Source of the DNA: a virus
Taxonomy: Duplodnaviria; Heunggongvirae; Uroviricota; Caudoviricetes
Virus record (IMG/VR): IMGVR_UViG_2657245050_000010
Reading direction: 5' to 3' (one strand)
Length of the DNA stretch: 10,326 bases
Shown: one piece after another, positions 1-7,631 of the stretch
How positions within the stretch are numbered: the stretch's first letter is position 1
How the letters are laid out: the number at the start of each line of letters is the position of its first letter
Notes under the pieces: generated by a model
Told to the model about the DNA's origin: nothing
Databases searched by the model: none
The model's input: only the letters and a program-made list of their open reading frames with translations
Program-made: the position numbers and the translations under genes

Positions 1-1317
1 CAGGACGCCACCACAGCGCGAAAAGGTCTTGTCCAGCTCAGTAGCGTCACCAACAGTGATTCTGAAACCCTCGCGGCAACGCCAAAAGCAGTGAAGTCTG
101 CCTATGACAATGCTGAAAAACGTCTTCAGAAAGATCAGAACGGTGCGGATATTCCGGGAAAGGATACCTTCACGAAAAATATCGGTGCCTGTCGTGCTTA
201 TAGCGGCGCTTTGAGCACTGAAGCCGGAAACTGGACAACCGCGCAGTTTATTGACTGGCTAGAGTCTCAGGGAGCCTTTAATCATCCTTACTGGATGTGC
301 AAGTGTTCCTGGTCATATGGTAATAACAAAATTATTACCGATACTGACTGTGGGACTATTCATCTTGCAGGTTGCGTGATTGAGGTTATGGGCGTTAAAG
401 CAGCAATGACCATTCGTGTGACCACTCCGAGTACATCAAGCAGTGGTGGTACCACCAGTGCGCAATTCACGTATATCAATCACGGAGCTGATTATGCGCC
501 GGGCTGGCGACGCGACTACAATACGAAAAATAAGCAACCGGCTTTTGCATTAGGGAAAACAGGAAATACGGTTGCAAATAATAAAGCAGTAGGATGGAAC
601 TGGGACAGTGGTGCTTATTGTGCACAGGATGGCGGAGCATCAAAAATGGTGCTGCATTTTTACACGGGTGAGGGAAGTTGTCCGGCAATGCAGTTTCTTG
701 TGGATTATAAAAACAGGGGGATTTTTTACAGGTCGGCACGTGATGGGTATGGATTTGAGGCTGACTGGTCAGAGTTTTATACCACATCACGAAAGCCAAC
801 ACCTGCGGATATTCTTGCTCTGGCATTATCAGGCGGAAGCATGTCAGGCAGCATAAAATTTATCAATGATGCCTTCCTGATTTGGGAAAGAAACACTGAC
901 TGGGCGAAAATTGGATTTAAAAATGATTCAGATGCTGATTCTGACTCATACATGTGGTTTGAAACTGGTGATAATGGCAATGAATATTTTAAATGGCGCA
1001 TCAGGTCTGGCAGCACAACAAAATATCTGATGACGCTTAAGTCTGATGCACTACGGGTTACCGGGCAGGTGATACCATCAAATTTCAGCAATTTTGACTC
1101 CCGCTATGTCAGGGATCTCCGGCTTGGTGGTGCCGCCACATACAAACCTGCGAACAATGGCATGACATGGACACATCAGGCACCGTCCGGGTGTGTATAT
1201 ACCGGCATTATTGTTCAGGATACAGGCTCAAACTCTGCCGATAACATTGGTGGCGTATATTACAGACCGGTTCAGAAATACATTAACGGGACGTGGTACA
1301 ACGTGGCGCAGGTATAA
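1..1317 (+). CDS. H: Tail fibre protein, P2 gpH-like, C-terminal ~438 codons; 5' end lies outside the window (frame 1 is open from base 1, first ATG at 91 is internal)
   Basis: Translation from base 1 reads QDATTARKGLVQLSSVTNSDSETLAATPKAVKSAYDNAEKRLQK, the conserved fibre motif shared by P2 H and other tail fibres, recognised from memory. Followed 3 nt later by a Tfa-like gene. Gly/Ser/Thr/Asn-rich distal part typical of receptor-binding tips. Confidence 0.88.
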   Translation, partial: QDATTARKGLVQLSSVTNSDSETLAATPKAVKSAYDNAEKRLQKDQNGADIPGKDTFTKNIGACRAYSGALSTEAGNWTTAQFIDWLESQGAFNHPYWMCKCSWSYGNNKIITDTDCGTIHLAGCVIEVMGVKAAMTIRVTTPSTSSSGGTTSAQFTYINHGADYAPGWRRDYNTKNKQPAFALGKTGNTVANNKAVGWNWDSGAYCAQDGGASKMVLHFYTGEGSCPAMQFLVDYKNRGIFYRSARDGYGFEADWSEFYTTSRKPTPADILALALSGGSMSGSIKFINDAFLIWERNTDWAKIGFKNDSDADSDSYMWFETGDNGNEYFKWRIRSGSTTKYLMTLKSDALRVTGQVIPSNFSNFDSRYVRDLRLGGAATYKPANNGMTWTHQAPSGCVYTGIIVQDTGSNSADNIGGVYYRPVQKYINGTWYNVAQV

Positions 1318-1320
1318 TTT

Positions 1321-1848
1321 ATGCAGCATTTGATAAATATAACGGCAGGTAATCCAAAAACGGTTGAACAATATCAATTGACAAAGGACTTTGATGTTGT
1401 CTGGTTTTTTTCAGAAGATGGTAAGAACTGGTACGAAGAACAAAAGTATTTTGCTGATGACACGATAAAAATAGCGTACGACAAAGATAATATTATCCGC
1501 TATGTGGAAAAGGATGTGACAGCTATCAGACCAGATGGATTAAGTGTTGTTGAAGTGCCGGATATTACTGCTAATCGACGGGCGGACATTTCAGGGAACT
1601 GGATGTTTAAGGATGGTACAGTGATTAAACGAATTTATACGGCAGAGGAATTGCAGCAGCAGGCAGAAAATCGGAAAGCCAGACTTCTTGCAGATGCTGA
1701 ATCCGTGATTTTGCCGCTGGAGCGCGCGGTCAGACTGAACATGGCAACAGATGAGGAGCGTAGCCGACTGGAAGCATGGGAACGCTACAGCGTTCTGGTC
1801 AGTCGTGTGGATCCTGCAAATCCTGAATGGCCGGAAATGCCGCAATAA
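1321..1848 (+). CDS. G: Tail fibre assembly chaperone (P2 gpG / Tfa family)
   Basis: 175-aa ORF starting 3 nt after the H stop. C-terminal [31 protein letters not shown] resembles Tfa C-termini. Position between H and the sheath gene matches P2. Confidence 0.88.
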   Translation: MQHLINITAGNPKTVEQYQLTKDFDVVWFFSEDGKNWYEEQKYFADDTIKIAYDKDNIIRYVEKDVTAIRPDGLSVVEVPDITANRRADISGNWMFKDGTVIKRIYTAEELQQQAENRKARLLADAESVILPLERAVRLNMATDEERSRLEAWERYSVLVSRVDPANPEWPEMPQ

Positions 1849-1966
1849 GTTGTATGATCTCTGGAGTGAGCAAACGTATCTATGGCACAGAGTAAAGCCT
1901 AATCTGACAGGCCGCTCTGTGTCTGGAGTAGATTTTAGTAAAGCATTATTTTATTAGTGCAAATTC

Positions 1967-1995
1967 TAATCAATACATTTTATGTATATGATATC
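1967..1995 (+). promoter_or_regulatory. Candidate sigma70 promoter for the cargo gene (-35 TTCTAA at 1967-1972, 17-nt spacer, -10 TATGAT at 1990-1995)
   Basis: Read by eye in the AT-rich spacer upstream of the 2070 ORF. The -35 is poor (3/6), the -10 is 5/6. Purely sequence-based. Confidence 0.2.
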
Positions 1996-2069
1996 CTGCA
2001 GACTTTAATGACTTGGTTTAGGCTAACCAGATAACACTGAAGGAATATTTTTGATAATTAAGGTACGGT

Positions 2070-2663
2070 ATGTTTACTAAGCGACGATTAAAAAATATTA
2101 ACTGGGAGGCAAGTTCAGTGATTCTTGCTATGGTTCTCTTTGTTGGAAATATATTTTATACAAATCATCGTGATGATATAAGCATGGAGGCTGAGAGGGA
2201 CAGTATCAGAACAATGTTTGCATATGAAATCGCTAATAACCATCGCGCTCTCACTTTTCTTGATAAAACGAGACATATTGGCTTTGACGAAAATTCGGAG
2301 CATTTTGTTGGCGAGCCTTTTGCCATTAATGTCAAATCATTAGGGGGGCCTCGCTTACAGATTGCATTAAACCAGACTGATAAAGTGTTTAAATCCTACT
2401 TCAGCGAATTAAGTAAGCTTGATAAAGAGGATGTTACTCTTCTTATGGACTATTACCATGAGCAAAGCATCCTGCTGGAGCGTGTAAAATCTACGTTACA
2501 GAAGATGAAAAGTGGTAATGATATTAAAGTTGATATTGATGGTTACTTATTAGAAGAACACTTCATGAATGAGCTTAATCTTTCTAATATTTTGCTTAAA
2601 CGCTATAGCCATTTGTTGTCACAATACGCTAAAGAACATAAAACAAAAGATTTACACAATTGA
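2070..2663 (+). CDS. Hypothetical membrane-anchored protein, 197 aa; cargo (moron) gene at the G/FI junction, no recognisable family
   Basis: Long ORF in otherwise non-coding space between Tfa and sheath genes. N-terminus MFTKRRLKNINWEASSVILAMVLFVGNIFY is a basic stretch followed by one hydrophobic helix (signal-anchor-like). Composition is markedly AT-rich (about one-third G+C by eye) against a clearly GC-richer tail module. An alternative in-frame GTG start at 2118 is preceded by GGGAGG at 2104-2109. Confidence 0.7.
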   Translation: MFTKRRLKNINWEASSVILAMVLFVGNIFYTNHRDDISMEAERDSIRTMFAYEIANNHRALTFLDKTRHIGFDENSEHFVGEPFAINVKSLGGPRLQIALNQTDKVFKSYFSELSKLDKEDVTLLMDYYHEQSILLERVKSTLQKMKSGNDIKVDIDGYLLEEHFMNELNLSNILLKRYSHLLSQYAKEHKTKDLHN

Positions 2664-2869
2664 TAATCTGCTAATGGTTATTCATGGGGTAACTATGTTT
2701 TATATGTAATCCAACTCAGATGAATTATTGATTCTGGATAATAACCGCAGAGCGGCATATACCCTGACAGGCAAATGTCCGCTCCTCGCTCAAAGCAGAC
2801 TGTCAGATTTGATAGCTTTTGGGCTAAGTAAATTGTCAGTCGGAAAATGAGTGAGTACAAATCAGGACT

Positions 2870-2896
2870 GGCGGGTGAATTGCCCGCCTTTTCTTT
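2870..2896 (+). terminator. Rho-independent terminator: stem GGCGGG (2870-2875) / CCCGCC (2883-2888), 7-nt loop, T-tract TTTTCTTT (2889-2896)
   Basis: Perfect 6-bp all-GC stem followed directly by a T-run. Lies between the cargo locus and the FI gene, so it would insulate the late FI operon from upstream read-through. Confidence 0.6.
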
Positions 2897-2914
2897 ATCT
2901 GTTGTTTCATCCAC

Positions 2915-2929
2915 TGACCAGCCAGGTCA
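2915..2929. promoter_or_regulatory. Dyad TGACC-N5-GGTCA about 70 nt upstream of the FI start; candidate activator site of the late FI promoter
   Basis: Perfect 5-bp inverted repeat seen in sequence. Its position is roughly where P2 late promoters carry the Ogr-responsive dyad (remembered as TGT-N12-ACA, centred near -55). The sequence here does not match that consensus exactly, so the assignment is tentative. Confidence 0.25.
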
Positions 2930-2992
2930 AATAGCGTCTCATGCTCTGCCCAACGGAAAATAGTTGCACCCATTAACCACGGAGTTAAACGG

Positions 2993-4183
2993 ATGAGTGA
3001 CTATCATCACGGCGTGCAGGTGCTGGAGATTAACGACGGCACCCGCGTCATTTCCACCGTATCCACTGCCATTGTCGGCATGGTCTGCACGGCCAGCGAT
3101 GCGGATGCGGAAACCTTCCCCCTCAATAAACCTGTGCTGATTACCAATGTGCAGAGCGCAATTGCAAAGGCCGGTAAAAAAGGCACGCTGGCGGCATCGT
3201 TGCAGGCCATCGCTGACCAGTCAAAACCGGTCACCGTTGTCGTGCGCGTGGAAGACGGCACCGGCGACGACGAAGAAACGAAACTCGCGCAGACTGTTTC
3301 CAATATCATCGGCACCACCGACGAAAACGGTCAGTACACCGGACTGAAAGCCCTGCTGGCGGCGGAGTCGGTAACCGGTGTTAAACCGCGTATTCTCGGT
3401 GTGCCGGGACTGGATACCAAAGAGGTGGCTGTTGCACTGGCATCCGTCTGTCAGAAGCTGCGTGCTTTCGGATATATCAGCGCATGGGGCTGTAAGACCA
3501 TTTCCGAGGTGAAAGCCTACCGCCAGAATTTCAGCCAGCGTGAGCTGATGGTCATCTGGCCGGATTTCCTCGCATGGGATACGGTCAGCAGTACCACCGC
3601 CACCGCGTATGCCACCGCCCATGCGCTGGGTCTGCGCGCTAAAATCGACCAGGAGCAGGGCTGGCATAAAACGCTGTCCAATGTCGGGGTAAACGGTGTT
3701 ACCGGCATCAGCGCCTCTGTATTCTGGGATTTGCAGGAGTCCGGCACCGATGCTGACCTGTTGAACGAGTCAGGTGTCACAACGCTGATTCGCCGTGACG
3801 GTTTCCGCTTCTGGGGTAACCGTACCTGCTCTGATGACCCGCTGTTCCTCTTTGAAAACTACACCCGCACCGCGCAGGTGCTGGCCGACACGATGGCTGA
3901 GGCGCACATGTGGGCGGTGGACAAGCCCATCACTGCAACGCTGATTCGCGACATCGTTGACGGCATCAATGCCAAATTCCGTGAGCTGAAAACAAACGGC
4001 TATATCGTGGATGCGACCTGCTGGTTCAGCGAAGAATCCAACGATGCGGAAACCCTCAAGGCCGGAAAATTGTATATCGACTACGACTATACACCGGTGC
4101 CTCCTCTCGAAAACCTGACCCTGCGCCAGCGTATTACCGATAAATACCTGGCAAATCTGGTCACCTCGGTTAACAGCAATTAA
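2993..4183 (+). CDS. FI: Contractile tail sheath protein (P2 gpFI)
   Basis: 396 aa. Size, position and sequence character (MSDYHHGVQVLEINDGTRVISTVSTAIVGMVCTA...) match P2 FI from memory. GGAG RBS 9 nt upstream. Immediately followed by the tube gene. Confidence 0.93.
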   Translation: MSDYHHGVQVLEINDGTRVISTVSTAIVGMVCTASDADAETFPLNKPVLITNVQSAIAKAGKKGTLAASLQAIADQSKPVTVVVRVEDGTGDDEETKLAQTVSNIIGTTDENGQYTGLKALLAAESVTGVKPRILGVPGLDTKEVAVALASVCQKLRAFGYISAWGCKTISEVKAYRQNFSQRELMVIWPDFLAWDTVSSTTATAYATAHALGLRAKIDQEQGWHKTLSNVGVNGVTGISASVFWDLQESGTDADLLNESGVTTLIRRDGFRFWGNRTCSDDPLFLFENYTRTAQVLADTMAEAHMWAVDKPITATLIRDIVDGINAKFRELKTNGYIVDATCWFSEESNDAETLKAGKLYIDYDYTPVPPLENLTLRQRITDKYLANLVTSVNSN

Positions 4184-4195
4184 GGAGCCTGACCG

Positions 4196-4714
4196 ATGGC
4201 AATGCCGCGCAAACTCAAGTTAATGAACGTCTTTCTGAACGGCTACAGCTATCAGGGCGTTGCAAAGTCCGTCACGCTGCCAAAACTGACCCGTAAGCTC
4301 GAAAACTATCGCGGTGCGGGGATGAACGGCAGCGCACCGGTAGACCTCGGCCTTGATGACGATGCGCTGTCAATGGAGTGGTCGCTCGGGGGCTTCCCGG
4401 ATTCGGTTATCTGGGAGCTTTACGCCGCAATCGGTGTGGATGCTGTGCCGATTCGTTTTGCAGGCTCTTACCAGCGCGACGATACCGGCGAAACTGTGGC
4501 CGTCGAGGTGGTCATGCGTGGACGTCAGAAAGAAATCGACACCGGCGAGGGGAAACAGGGAGAAGACACCGAGTCGAAAATCTCCGTGGTCTGCACCTAT
4601 TTCCGGCTGACGATGGACGGTAAGGAACTGGTCGAAATCGACACCATCAACATGATTGAGAAGGTGAACGGCGTCGACCGGCTGGAACAACACCGCCGCA
4701 ATATCGGCCTGTAA
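4196..4714 (+). CDS. FII: Tail tube protein (P2 gpFII)
   Basis: 172 aa, N-terminus MAMPRKLKLMNVFLNGYSYQG. AAGGAG RBS at 4182-4187. Sheath-tube gene pair order. Confidence 0.93.
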   Translation: MAMPRKLKLMNVFLNGYSYQGVAKSVTLPKLTRKLENYRGAGMNGSAPVDLGLDDDALSMEWSLGGFPDSVIWELYAAIGVDAVPIRFAGSYQRDDTGETVAVEVVMRGRQKEIDTGEGKQGEDTESKISVVCTYFRLTMDGKELVEIDTINMIEKVNGVDRLEQHRRNIGL

Positions 4715-4721
4715 TTTTCAT

Positions 4722-4742
4722 CCGGTCAGCCTGGCTGACCGG
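4722..4742 (+). other. GC-rich hairpin between FII and E (CCGGTCAG / CTGACCGG stem, 5-nt loop), no T-tract
   Basis: Near-perfect palindrome CCGGTCAGCCTGGCTGACCGG starting 8 nt after the FII stop. No following U-run, so more likely an mRNA-stability or attenuation element than a full terminator. Confidence 0.4.
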
Positions 4743-4770
4743 TTAACCCCGATTCAGAAGTGAGAAAACC

Positions 4771-5046
4771 ATGAACAAAGAAAATGTGATTACCCTGGAC
4801 AATCCGGTCAAGCGTGGTGAGCAGGTTATCGAACAGGTCACGCTGATGAAACCCAGTGCGGGGACGCTGCGCGGTGTCAGTCTGGCTGCGGTCGCAAACT
4901 CAGAAGTCGATGCACTGATTAAGGTGCTGCCGCGCATGACGGCACCGATGCTGACCGAGCAGGAAGTCGCCGCGTTGGAACTGCCTGACCTTGTGGCGCT
5001 GGCCGGTAAGGTGGTCGGTTTTTTGTCGCCGAACTCGGTGCAGTGA
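4771..5046 (+). CDS. E: Tail assembly chaperone gpE (zero-frame product, 91 aa)
   Basis: 91-aa ORF between tube and tape-measure genes. Carries a T6G slippery run near its 3' end. Confidence 0.9.
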   Translation: MNKENVITLDNPVKRGEQVIEQVTLMKPSAGTLRGVSLAAVANSEVDALIKVLPRMTAPMLTEQEVAALELPDLVALAGKVVGFLSPNSVQ

Positions 5047-5198
5047 CGTTCCCGAAAAATCTGTCGGTCGATGACCTGATGGCGGATGTGGCAGTGATAT
5101 TTCACTGGCCGCCATCAGAACTGTATCCCATGAGCCTGACCGAACTCATCACATGGCGCGAAAAGGCGCTCCGGCGAAGCGGAAACACGAATGAGTAA
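4771..5198 (+). CDS. E+E': gpE+E' fusion made by programmed -1 ribosomal frameshift at 5019-5025; predicted 142 aa, overlapping the T start
   Basis: After a -1 slip on T_TTT_TTG the -1 frame stays open to TAA at 5196-5198, reading ...KVVGFFVAELGAVTFPKNLSVDDLMADVAVIFHWPPSELYPMSLTELITWREKALRRSGNTNE. Total length of 142 aa equals the P2 E+E' size as I remember it. Confidence 0.8.
5019..5025 (+). other. Slippery heptamer T_TTT_TTG for the E/E' -1 frameshift
   Basis: Run of six T then G, in the correct register relative to the E frame (codons TTT 5020-5022, TTG 5023-5025). Confidence 0.8.
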
Positions 5199-7620
5199 CA
5201 ATGTAAAATTACAGGTATTGCTCAGGGCTGTTGACCAGGCATCCCGCCCGTTTAAATCCATCCGCACAGCGAGCAAATCGCTGTCGGGGGATATCCGGGA
5301 AACACAAAAATCACTGCGCGAGCTGAACGGTCAGGCATCCCGTATTGAGGGATTTCGCAAGACCAGTGCACAGCTCGCCGTGACTGGTCATGCACTTGAA
5401 AAGGCACGGCAGGAGGCCGAAGCCCTTGCCACACAGTTTAAAAACACCGAACGTCCGACACGTGCTCAGGCGAAAGTGCTGGAATCCGCAAAGCGTGCGG
5501 CGGAGGACTTACAGGCGAAATATAACCGCCTGACGGATTCCGTTAAACGCCAGCAGCGGGAACTGGCCGTTGTGGGAATTAATACCCGCAATCTTGCACA
5601 TGATGAGCAGGGACTGAAAAACCGTATCAGTGAAACCACCGCACAACTTAACCGTCAGCGTGACGCGCTGGCGCGTGTCAGTGCGCAACAGGCAAAACTT
5701 AACGCAGTAAAACAGCGTTATCAGACAGGCAAGGAACTGGCCGGAAATATGGCCTCAGTGGGCGCTGCCGGTGTGGGGATTGCGGCGGCGGGAACGATGG
5801 CCGGAGTTAAGTTGCTGATGCCAGGTTATGAGTTTGCGCAGAAAAACTCAGAATTGCAGGCCGTGCTCGGTGTGGCAAAAGATTCCGCCGAAATGGCCGC
5901 GCTCCGCAAACAGGCGCGCCAGCTCGGCGACAATACCGCCGCCTCAGCGGATGATGCGGCCGGTGCACAGATAATCATCGCGAAAGCGGGTGGGGATGTT
6001 GATGCCATTCAGGCGGCAACGCCGGTCACGCTGAATATGGCGCTGGCGAACCGCCGCACGATGGAAGAAAACGCCGCCCTGCTGATGGGGATGAAATCCG
6101 CCTTTCAGCTTTCAAACGATAAGGTCGCTCATATCGGGGATGTTCTCTCCATGACGATGAACAAAACCGCCGCCGATTTTGACGGCATGAGCGATGCGCT
6201 GACCTATGCCGCACCTGTGGCAAAAAATGCCGGTGTCAGCATTGAAGAAACCGCCGCAATGGTCGGGGCGCTGCATGATGCAAAAATCACAGGCTCAATG
6301 GCGGGGACGGGAAGCCGTGCCGTGTTAAGCCGCCTGCAGGCACCGACGGGAAAAGCGTGGGATGCACTGAAAGAGCTTGGTGTGAAAACCTCAGACAGCA
6401 AGGGAAACACCCGACCAGTATTTACCATTCTGAAAGAAATGCAGGCCAGTTTTGAGAAAAACCGGCTCGGTACTGCCCAGCAGGCCGAATACATGAAAAC
6501 CATTTTCGGGGAGGAGGCCAGCTCAGCCGCCGCTGTGCTGATGACTGCCGCGTCAACCGGAAAGCTGGACAAACTGACCGCTGCGTTTAAAGCCTCAGAC
6601 GGAAAGACCGCAGAACTGGTAAATATCATGCAGGACAACCTCGGCGGTGACTTTAAGGAGTTTCAGTCCGCTTATGAGGCGGTGGGGACTGACCTGTTTG
6701 ACCAGCAGGAAGGCGCACTGCGTAAGCTCACTCAGACGGCCACAAAGTATGTGTTAAAACTCGACGGCTGGATCCAGAAAAACAAATCACTGGCGTCAAC
6801 CATCGGCCTCATTGTCGGTGGCGCGCTGGCGCTTACTGGCATCATCGGTGCCATTGGTCTTGTAGCCTGGCCGGTTATCACCGGCATCAATGCCATTATC
6901 GCGGCAGCAGGCGCAATGGGGGCAATCTTCACGACGGTTGGTAGTGCTGTTATGACGGCCATCGGGGCGATTAGCTGGCCGGTTGTGGCCGTGGTGGCCG
7001 CCATTGTCGCCGGGGCGTTGCTTATCCGTAAATACTGGGAGCCTGTCAGCGCATTCTTTGCCGGTGTGGTCGAGGGGCTCATGAGTGCCTTTGCGCCGGT
7101 CGGGGAAATGTTCGCCCCGCTGGCACCCATTTTCGACGGTCTCGGCGAAAAACTTCGCGGCGTCTGGCAGTGGTTTAAAGACCTGATAGCGCCGGTGAAA
7201 GCGACTCAGGACACGCTCAACAGTTGTCGTGATGTTGGGGTTATGTTCGGTCAGACGCTGGCCGATGCGCTGCTGATGCCGCTTAACGCCTTTAACAAGC
7301 TGCGAAGCGGGATTGACTGGGTGCTCGAAAAACTCGGCATTATCAACAAAGAATCCAGCTCACTTGACCAGACAGCGGCGAAAGCCAATGCAGCGACGCA
7401 GAACGGTTACAGCCCGGCAATCAGCGCATACAACAGCTATCAGCCGGTCACGGCACCCGCCGGTAAAACCTACATCGACCAGAGTCGGCCAATCTATCAA
7501 ATCACCGTGCCGGGCAATGGTATGCCGGGAGATCGGTTGGGTAATGATTTGCAGGATGCATTAGAAAAGTATGAGCGCGAGAAGCGCGCCAAAGCCCGCG
7601 CAAGCATGATGCATGACTAA
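5191..7620 (+). CDS. T: Tail tape measure protein (P2 gpT)
   Basis: 809 aa. Ala/Gln-rich coiled-coil-like N-terminal half, then a long Gly/Ala/Ile-rich hydrophobic segment (residues ~530-610) typical of tape measure proteins. Start overlaps the E' end. Position after the chaperone pair. Confidence 0.93.
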   Translation: MSNNVKLQVLLRAVDQASRPFKSIRTASKSLSGDIRETQKSLRELNGQASRIEGFRKTSAQLAVTGHALEKARQEAEALATQFKNTERPTRAQAKVLESAKRAAEDLQAKYNRLTDSVKRQQRELAVVGINTRNLAHDEQGLKNRISETTAQLNRQRDALARVSAQQAKLNAVKQRYQTGKELAGNMASVGAAGVGIAAAGTMAGVKLLMPGYEFAQKNSELQAVLGVAKDSAEMAALRKQARQLGDNTAASADDAAGAQIIIAKAGGDVDAIQAATPVTLNMALANRRTMEENAALLMGMKSAFQLSNDKVAHIGDVLSMTMNKTAADFDGMSDALTYAAPVAKNAGVSIEETAAMVGALHDAKITGSMAGTGSRAVLSRLQAPTGKAWDALKELGVKTSDSKGNTRPVFTILKEMQASFEKNRLGTAQQAEYMKTIFGEEASSAAAVLMTAASTGKLDKLTAAFKASDGKTAELVNIMQDNLGGDFKEFQSAYEAVGTDLFDQQEGALRKLTQTATKYVLKLDGWIQKNKSLASTIGLIVGGALALTGIIGAIGLVAWPVITGINAIIAAAGAMGAIFTTVGSAVMTAIGAISWPVVAVVAAIVAGALLIRKYWEPVSAFFAGVVEGLMSAFAPVGEMFAPLAPIFDGLGEKLRGVWQWFKDLIAPVKATQDTLNSCRDVGVMFGQTLADALLMPLNAFNKLRSGIDWVLEKLGIINKESSSLDQTAAKANAATQNGYSPAISAYNSYQPVTAPAGKTYIDQSRPIYQITVPGNGMPGDRLGNDLQDALEKYEREKRAKARASMMHD

Positions 7621-7631
7621 GGAGACTGATT

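Noticed and set aside
476-1091. Minus-strand and alternate-frame ORFs inside the tail fibre gene (476-826 -, 608-856 +, 777-1091 -)
   Set aside because: Fully embedded in a well-supported gene, with no RBS or independent coding signal. Such frames arise by chance in any long coding region.
1886-1921. 7-bp inverted repeat CACAGAG / CTCTGTG with a 22-nt loop just downstream of the Tfa gene, and a nearby 8-bp direct repeat TCTGGAGT (1860-1867 and 1923-1930)
   Set aside because: Stem too short relative to the loop and no T-tract, so not a convincing terminator. Direct repeats are too short to call insertion-site duplications without comparative data.
2104-2120. Alternative start for the cargo gene: in-frame GTG at 2118 preceded by GGGAGG at optimal spacing
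   Set aside because: Kept only as an alternative. Starting at ATG 2070 gives a positive-inside N-terminus (KRRLK) ahead of the hydrophobic helix, which is the more typical membrane-anchor architecture. Needs N-terminal mapping to settle.
2693-2914. 73-codon minus-strand ORF in the spacer between the cargo gene and FI
   Set aside because: Begins with GTG, has no convincing RBS, runs antisense through the intrinsic terminator hairpin and the putative FI promoter region, and has no recognisable features. More likely non-coding.
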